DNA of 56,276 nucleotides, filler included, from Sphacelaria rigidula (Eukaryota), in NCBI GenBank assembly GCA_964200075.2. It is 7 parts of 7 records of this genome, joined end to end, with 100 filler letters (N's around TTAATTAATTAA, not from the genome) between each part and the next. Parts side by side here need not be neighbours in the genome. Positions count along the whole stretch, not along the records: positions 48,324 to 56,276 come from CAXNAA020012862.1; 6 more parts are not named here. One strand, written 5' to 3'. Under the pieces are notes generated by a model, which saw only the letters and a program-made list of their open reading frames with translations, was not told the origin of the DNA and searched no databases. Below, in pieces: positions 49,045-56,276 of the stretch. Position numbers and translations under genes: made by a program. Every line of letters starts with the position of its first letter. Position 1 is the stretch's first letter.

Positions 49045-49648
49045 GCGCGCCCGACGCTGCGGTTGATTATCACCGCTCGAGGGTGATCCTTTCTCGTCTT
49101 TCGAGCACATCTTCTTTTTCTTGGTTGGGGAACACCTGAACATATCGTGTGTTTTTGTGCTTCTTGAGGAGATCTGATGTCGTGACGAAGTAGGGTGTAG
49201 GCATGATTCGCCGGTGTTGTCGAGTATGATCCGGGTGTGGTTCGGCATGTAGTACACTGCATAATTTCGGTTTCAGCTCACGACAGACTATCTCTGTGCA
49301 CCCGCTCACAAATACGGTTTCAGCTCACGACAGACTATCTCTGTGCGCCCGCTAAAAATTTAGCGCCCGACGCTGCGACTGATTGTCACCGCTCGACGGT
49401 GATCCTCTCTCGTCTTTCGAGCGCATCTTCTCCTTCTCGGTTGGGGAAAAGCTGAGCATGTCGTGTGTGGTTGTGGCTCTTGAGGTTTGATGTTGTGGCG
49501 GAGTAGGGTGTAGGCATGATCCGCCCGTGGCCTCGAGTGTAATCCCGGTGTGGTTCCGTATGTAATACAATGTTTGAATACGGTTTGAGCTCAAGACCAT
49601 CTTTGATACGGTTTCAGCTCATAACAGACTATCTCTGTGCACGCGCTC
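49045..49648. repeat. Diverged tandem duplication (~315-bp unit) with a triplicated ~35-bp subrepeat
   Basis: GCGCCCGACGCTGCG...CTCGTCTTTCGAGC...GTAGGGTGTAGGCATGAT occurs twice; CGGTTTCAGCTCA..ACAGACTATCTCTGTGC three times. Confidence 0.88.
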
Positions 49649-49737
49649 TAAATATATATAGAAAATAAGGACATGAAGCCAGCGGTTCAGTTACTCCAGG
49701 TTCTCACACTGTACGGTGTAACAAGCGCGTTGTGATG

Positions 49738-50390
49738 AAATAAATTTGAACTGGAATTGGGGGGCGTGCGGAAGGGGTTCATCTCTAGACTTCGCCCCTG
49801 GGATGAGCGCGCATTGGAATGATGAAGCCAGCGGTATAGGGAGCGCACGGGCAGTACCGCGCCAAGAATCCGCACTGAACCCTTAGCAGGCATGAGGAAT
49901 TTTCCGTTTTTTTCCGCGCGCTCAGCGAAATGCATCACATCGTGAGTGCGTGTCTGTTAACCCTTTGACCGCGAGGCTGGGTCAGCTGCTGAATCGGCAT
50001 CAGTTTTCAATTGAAAAAAGTATGCATGATCCAGATAGACTACCCTCGCGGTCAACGAATTTGCGACGTAATAAAATAAGTTTGAACTGGAATTGGGGGG
50101 CATGCGGAAGGGGTTCATCTCTAGACTTTGCCCTGGGATGAGCACACATTGGAATGATGATGCCAGCGGTATAGGGAGGGCACGGGCAGTACCGCGCCAC
50201 GGATCCGCATTGGACCCTTAGCGGGCATGAGGAATTTCCGCGCGCTCAGCGACATGCATCAGATCGTGAGTGCGTATCTGTTGACCGTTTGACCGCGAGG
50301 GTAGGTCAGCTGCTGAATCGTCATCAATTTTCACTTCAAAAAAGTATGCATGATCCAGATAGACTACCCTCGCGGTCAATGAATTTGCGA
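49738..50390. repeat. Tandem duplication (~330-bp unit), each unit ending in a piggyBac-type MITE
   Basis: TTTGAACTGGAATTGGGGG...CATCTCTAGACTT occurs twice; MITEs at about 49957-50060 and 50281-50385 share the same altered right end (GCGGTCAA.GAATTTGCGA). Confidence 0.9.
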
Positions 50391-50959
50391 ACCGGACTCC
50401 TAGCATTGGCATTGGCCCGGACAGTCACGCCCGGGGTCAGCACGGAGAGACTTGTACGCTCATTCCAGCATAAATCGCGGTACGCCTCCTTCCAAACTAT
50501 GCTGCGCTCTCGTGCGCCGTAAAGATCTCATATATAACTATATATATAATATGAGGGTGTGCTTAATCGATAACAACAAAAGTACAGCATAGCTGTTTTG
50601 TGAATATTCTCTTCCGATACACATGGCGGATCAACAAGACCGAAAACTGCGGCGAGAGCCACCAACAGACGGTAAAAATTATTTACAGTTGCTTACACTT
50701 CCGCTTCGAGATACAGTGCGCTCTTCCACTCGATACCCAGTAGCGCGGGCAACAGTAATGGGTAGGAATGGGGGCCGATTTTGGGCACTATATCCCTGGA
50801 AAGTGCAATCTGAACGCTAAATTCGTCAGAAGTGGCGCGTAATCCAACGAATCATTTCGATGGAAAATACACGCGTCACCTACAAATAACGATCCGGCTC
50901 ATATGAAATGAACTATATTCCTAGTACATTTATTCAACCCTGGGAGTGGTCGGTGTCGA

Positions 50960-51600
50960 GGTGATACTATTCCTCCGGAAAGCTCGCTCCACATCAGTAG
51001 ATGGACAACTTGCAGCACTAGCTAGTGTCCTACTTCTGTCTTTTCTACTCGGGAAGCACTCGCCCTCGAGCTTCCACCCCACATGCACCATCATTGCGAA
51101 GATAATAAGACAAGAACACGAATAGCAGCTGTTGTGGCGGCCCCACACTAACGTGACTGCAGTGAGGGGCGTGCCTGAAATAGTGCTGGAACAAGAAGGT
51201 ACAGAAATTTGGAGATGATGAGCAGCAGCGTCGCGCATGTGAAAACTACTGAGAACGATGTTGATGTTGCTGACGACCAAGAGGTTCACGCTGCGTGGAT
51301 TGGCTGCGCACTGCATGTCCTACACACAGCTGTGACTGCGGGATTGGAGAGTGAATTTTTTATGGGCCCCATAGGATCTGGATCATGGCATGAGTGGAAG
51401 GGATCCCATCTTGTCAGTCGCTTGGGCACGATCTGGTTCACCATGTCCAGATCAACATCTTCAACGCCTTGGGTTCTGCCTCGAAACAATCTGTCACAAA
51501 CAGCCGTACTTCATCTGTGAACTCGTCCTCTACAAGCGAAGGGGTAAAAAGGTATTCGCTCATGATACGTGAGGTTGTCCTTTTGCGCACATCCCCACAG
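50960..51600 (+). pseudogene. Decayed hAT-superfamily transposase fragment
   Basis: Ordered remnants: PHT...EIVLEQEG (HT motif), VKTTEN (TDN-like), WIGCALHVLHTAVTAGL (CxxH motif), STPW/GS (TRWxS-like); stops and frameshifts present. Confidence 0.55.
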
Positions 51601-53765
51601 AACAGAGCAGCACATGGCGGACCGCCACCGAAGCAAATGTCATGATGTTGATGCCTAAAAATATCATTGGGTCGAAGATGCAAGTTGGCGCAAATCTCAT
51701 GGCTTACATATTGTTTTCAGCATGTGCAGGCTGTCACTTGAAACACTGTGGGTCTGTCGACATACATGGTCAGTGCGTAGTCTAAACTAAAAATCACTCT
51801 TGCGCATTGACTTCTCCGCTGGAACCCTCAGACACAAGAGCCAAAGTTCATGTGTGAACTCGCCCTATGCAACTCAATACATGAAGGGTACTCGCTGTTG
51901 AAGGGCGTATTTGCTCTTTGTGCACAGCCATACAGAACGAAGCAGAACCTGGTGGCACGCCACGAAGTGAAATGCCTTCACCGCTGCACGCAGCCCAAAA
52001 CGAAGCTTGTCGAACGTCGCATAGTTTGCATCTCATTCTTTTATCATCAAGAGCATATACAGACAGGTAGTTACCAAATACATGACCGCAGTCGCCAGCA
52101 GGTGTAAGGCAGTACACATACTAAAATCGCTCTTAACGCTGTGGCTTCTGCACTGGAGCTCTGACACGAAGCAGCCGCCAGCTTTGTTTCCCTTTTGTGA
52201 ACTCCCCCTCTGTATTTTGACACTCCAAAGGATGTTCGCCATTGAAAGGTGATATTGCCTTTTGTGCACAGCCGCACAGAACAAAGCAGTGGCTTGTAGC
52301 ACGCAACCAAACTGCATACAGTATGGTCACACCTTGCTTACGGCAAGAAAAAACATATGCGCACCGATTTTTTGTTAATTTGCCATCTTCAACCTCGAAA
52401 GACGCTACTGATCCTCAATCCAAAAGGGCCGATCGCGCAACGCTTAGATCTCGGCAACGAAGCGGGGGATTGGACTGCGGTTTCTTGCGTTCACTTCCCA
52501 CACACCCAAGCTATGTTGCCTAGTTTGTTTTTCGCGCTTGCGCGTGATACCGACTCGCAAATAACCCAAATATACTCAAATAAGGTGTTTTCCGCTCTGG
52601 GGGGAATTTCCGGGCCGCTGACGCGACGCCAGCAAAATATCAAACTAGGTCCCCTAGATCTCGTGTGTATGCGGGGGGAGCTATCAAGTGCCGTGGACCG
52701 GCTTGCTTCCTGTGTCGAGAACCGAGCGATCTCCAGTGCTACAGCTTTCCCATACTAAAGTGATGAAGCATGTGTTCTGTTCGTGAGGGCCTCGGCACAG
52801 GTCCGACCACCTACTGACGTGTTCACTATTCCTCCGCGTTTTTTTTTTTCATTTTGTGTCGAGTTTTGGTCGTTAGGGCCCCCATTCCTACCTTGAACAG
52901 TAGCTCGTAGTGAACGAGTTTCACGACGTGCTCACTCGCATGTCAATCGGCCACAAACTGAAACAATATTTGCCTCTCTCGTTGTTGACACACACATCAA
53001 GCACTTAGAAAAGCACATTTTTCTTTCTTCTCAGTGCTTCGAGACCGATTGGAAAAAAACGAGTGAATTTGTAATTATTTAAAATAGTTGCGTCCCCTAT
53101 GAGCCAATCGCATGAGAACAATTCGGTCAAGCAGACCCTGACGCGCCTCGTTCCTGTACTCATTCATGGCTGATGAAGGTGAGAATACCCCACGAATGCG
53201 ACTGACGTGCACGATACGAGTCTATACACAATCGTCGTCAGAGTACACTATGGCCATCGATCGTACAAGGATTCAGTGTCGACGCTGAGACTGCTCGAAT
53301 ATCCAAAGGGGGGCTGACAGTCCAAGGCGCTCGCTAGAGTGAGCAGCACGCATTTCTGCTCGAACAGGTACCGCAAGCGCCCTTTCAGCTCCCACCGATG
53401 TATAGATCGAGCGTGTTTCATCCGCCACGAACACTCTCTTGTTTTATGCATTCGCCCGAGCGAGACACGAGGACACGTTCGCAAATGGGTTCTCATCTGC
53501 CGAGTCCAAACAATCACAGGCAGCTGTAGCAAGCTTTCACGCGCTGGACAATTCATGATTTCAACTCAGATATATGTGGCACGACTCATGCAGTGGAAAT
53601 AGGTACCGTTGAGGTATACAATATGATTCAGCTAGTGGAGAAAGGTGGCGAGCGCAAGGTAAGATAGCCTTGTAAGCAAAAGTCGAACATGTACAACCGA
53701 CGCATCACTTGCTTGATGGGGAAACGAAAAATCCGCATGAGAGTACGACTTTTCCTATTTTTCAC

Positions 53766-54450
53766 CTTCATACTCCTGATATCTTCGAGTAATTCCGTTT
53801 GACTTTGGCCACCGCCGCCGCCGCCGCCGCCGCTATATTCGGTGACCGCACTACCACCGGTCGTCGCACCGCCGCTCTCGCCCTCTTGTACTTTGTAATC
53901 CGCTTTAGCCTCAGCGGTACTAGCAGCAGTAACGAACTCTTCCTCACCAAAACTCGCGTTGTCAACAACCTCGTCTGCGTCCGATAATAAAGAAGCGCTC
54001 TCGTCGGCGGGCAGCGTCGCAGCGGTGCCGATCATGAGGTCGTCATCAGTCGCTTCGGGATCGTCCGGCTTCACATAACCGTCGGCCTCGTAATTGCTGG
54101 CGTCATTCCCTTCGTCTTTATCGGCGACGAACAAAGAATCCACGAGCTCAGGTGCAATCGAAATATCAGCGCCTTGTTCCTCTTCAACCGCCACTGCAGA
54201 GCTTGATGCAGACGCCTCCTGGTCGTCGACTCGTCGTGTAGTACCCACCGATAACGCTTCTTGCGCCGCTGCCTCTGCCGGGCTCATTACCGGAGTGTCG
54301 GTGGCGGCGGCAGTAGCAGCCGCTGCGTTTTTGTCCAAATCTTGCGTCTTGCCTGTCCTCTTTTTGCCTTTTTTTCTCTTGGTGCTGCGGCCGCCCCCTT
54401 CCACCCTGTCTCGAATGTACGCTACGCGCCTTTTCGTCACATTCAGCCCT
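53766..54450 (-). CDS. Large acidic/Ala-rich internal exon, probably part of the PPR gene
   Basis: 685-nt open frame with protein-like composition (most of ORF 53628..54440); GCGTAG| acceptor and AAG|GTGAAA donor. Confidence 0.7.
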
Positions 54451-54695
54451 CTACGCGCATGCCATGATACACAGCCAGATTACCATGGACCGCGAACAGC
54501 GAACAGATTCATGGCGCGTGGCATGGTGTAGTTGTGTCAGCCTTTGTTGTATCCGTGGAGGGATGAGGAGGATGAGGTGAGACAGGGCAGTATTCCGGAA
54601 CATGCTCTGAATGACAGTTTCCGCGCTTGTACGACTCAACGAGACCATCAACGAAGCAAGCAGCTCACGCGAGGCAGCGAACCGTGCCACGGGAT

Positions 54696-54793
54696 GTACT
54701 CATCATCTGGCATGCCGTAGTCATATGAGCAATGACCTCGCATCCCTACAAAACCGGGACGGAGCACGCCGGATTTGCGCCGGACCAGGCTCG
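54696..54793 (-). repeat. Dispersed repeat family F
   Basis: GACCTCGCATCCCTACAAAACCGGGACGGAGCACGCCGGATTTGCGCCGGACCAGGCTCG. Confidence 0.85.
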
Positions 54794-54865
54794 TTGCACG
54801 GACGGGTGGGCGAACTTTTTCAGATAACCCCCCTCTCCCGCGCTACTCTGATGCATGTAACTTTA

Positions 54866-55400
54866 CACGGTTAGGACAAATCAACTCGTGAGTCAACTCA
54901 GAGTCATCATTTTAACGAATAAATCATACGGTTCGTACATCATCTGTAATTCATACAGCTTCTCAGCTCGTGCGTCATGCAGTATATCCCGAACGTACCC
55001 GCTTCATACCTTCGATGAATACCGGGGTAAATAATGGGCACATAGTCAACCCTGCACTACAAATTTGGATGCATCGATTGTACATGTCACGCACTTATTA
55101 TTATCATGAGTCGGGAACGCCATGTACACGTTGCTTGACCAACTTGTTGGAGGTGAGCGCCCGTACATTTTCCCACCTTCGGGCTAATGCGGGACCAACA
55201 AGATGTACAGGTTGAATCTTCACTTCCGATGGGCCCTGAACCACCGCGTAACTTTTTCACAGCTGTAATGCGCGCAAGATGACTGCGCTGCATATATGTC
55301 ATCCACCTTCGACTCAGCGGGACAACCGGGTTTATACAGCATGACTGCTTGTGCATCATGATGACTCGACTCGTATGAATTCTGATTTGTGCTAACAGAG
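54866..55400. mobile_element. Non-autonomous hAT element (535 bp) with family-H-like ends
   Basis: TIRs CACGGTTAGGACAAATC / GATTTGTGCTAACAGAG; perfect 8-bp TSD TAACTTTA (54858-54865, 55401-55408). Confidence 0.85.
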
Positions 55401-56102
55401 TAACTTTACTTGACAAACGAACACAGGAGGGGGAACAAAGTCACGCGGCAAGCTCCGTCATACATACCTCGCACGCATTTCGCGGAACAGATCCATAGCA
55501 GCGTCAAGATTCCTGGCAATAGACGCCGCGTCCACAGCAATGTGGTACGTCACCTGAAAATGCCCATGGGAAGGGACAGTAAAACAAAAGCATGAGCAAG
55601 AAACAGCCAAGGAAAAGTAGAGAGTGGTGCGAGCGCATGCGTGAATAGGAGGAAGAGGGATTCAGATCCAGCTCTGGATATCTCCTCTTTAACCATCGTG
55701 TCCAACACGCGTACACGGTTAGACACCACTCAACAGCGGAACGTGACATACGATTCTGTTACGAACAGTGAATCCTTTTGGAAATAGCTGTCGGACTAGC
55801 CGGGCGGTCGGTCAGTGAAAACAAAACCCTTGACGCAAGCAGTACCAACGATTTTGAAACTTGACCGCCCTGGACCAGCTCACCCCAGGATCTACGCGAG
55901 GCGGACGCCCTGTGGGGTTGGATCGGCAACCCTCGTGCAGCTTTTTTTAGACGGTGTTATTTAGAGCGTTTCTCCACGTACTGATAGGAACCGCAGACTG
56001 TGTGACAACAACGTCTACTTCATGCGGTACACCAAATGGTACCAAAACGGGACCGCTCAAAGAGCGGTAGTGTTTCAAGTCACGACGTAGCCCACACCGC
56101 AC

Positions 56103-56153
56103 CTCATCAGGTGTGATGCCCTCCTTCTGCATCTCTGTCAGCAAATCCAGCAC
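56103..56153 (-). CDS. Exon encoding helix B of a pentatricopeptide repeat
   Basis: ACCAG| and GAG|GTGCGG; 51 nt: VLDLLTEMQKEGITPDE, matching the PPR consensus ll.eM...Gi.PD. Confidence 0.75.
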
Positions 56154-56276
56154 CTGGTTGCATTTTTATGTATGAGCACAACAGGGATAAAGGCACCGCG
56201 CACGGGTGCAGCAAGTGCGGTCGAGGGGGGGGGGGGGGGGGGGGGGGGATGCGGGGGTGGCCGGCGGCGTTTGGGT

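Noticed and set aside
49268..49645. CRISPR-like ~35-bp direct repeats
   Set aside because: Only three copies, with spacings of about 47 and 295 bp, inside a larger duplication; no cas genes and a eukaryotic context.
1..56276. Prokaryotic operon, rRNA, intact transposase/RT or intact viral genes
   Set aside because: No long uninterrupted ORFs or rRNA-like sequence; the supportable coding sequence is split by spliceosomal introns.

Overview
This is eukaryotic DNA, most likely from a brown alga or related stramenopile (inferred from short GT-AG exons in long repeat-rich introns, ACAACC-ATG start context and GC-rich low-complexity exons; no database check was possible). It is not one locus. Seven unrelated contigs of 7953-7954 bp (1-7954, 8055-16008, 16109-24062, 24163-32116, 32217-40170, 40271-48223, 48324-56276) are joined by artificial N44-TTAATTAATTAA-N44 spacers. 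Most ORFs in the track are noise. Splice-consistent gene fragments: a secreted parallel beta-helix (pectin-lyase-fold) protein (2 exons); a Pro/Cys-rich small membrane protein exon; an ERF2/ZDHHC9-like DHHC palmitoyltransferase 5' region (3 exons, minus strand); a possible SAM-methyltransferase-like gene (2-3 exons); and a PPR exon plus an acidic exon. The rest is dense in non-autonomous elements: hAT MITEs with 8-bp TSDs, piggyBac-type TTAA MITEs, tRNA-derived SINEs, foldback elements, a probable LTR and a decayed hAT transposase. The best novelty lead, still speculative, is contig 5, where a decayed C5 DNA-methyltransferase-like frame lies tail-to-tail with a spliced MTase-like gene carrying DHYW in place of DPPW.
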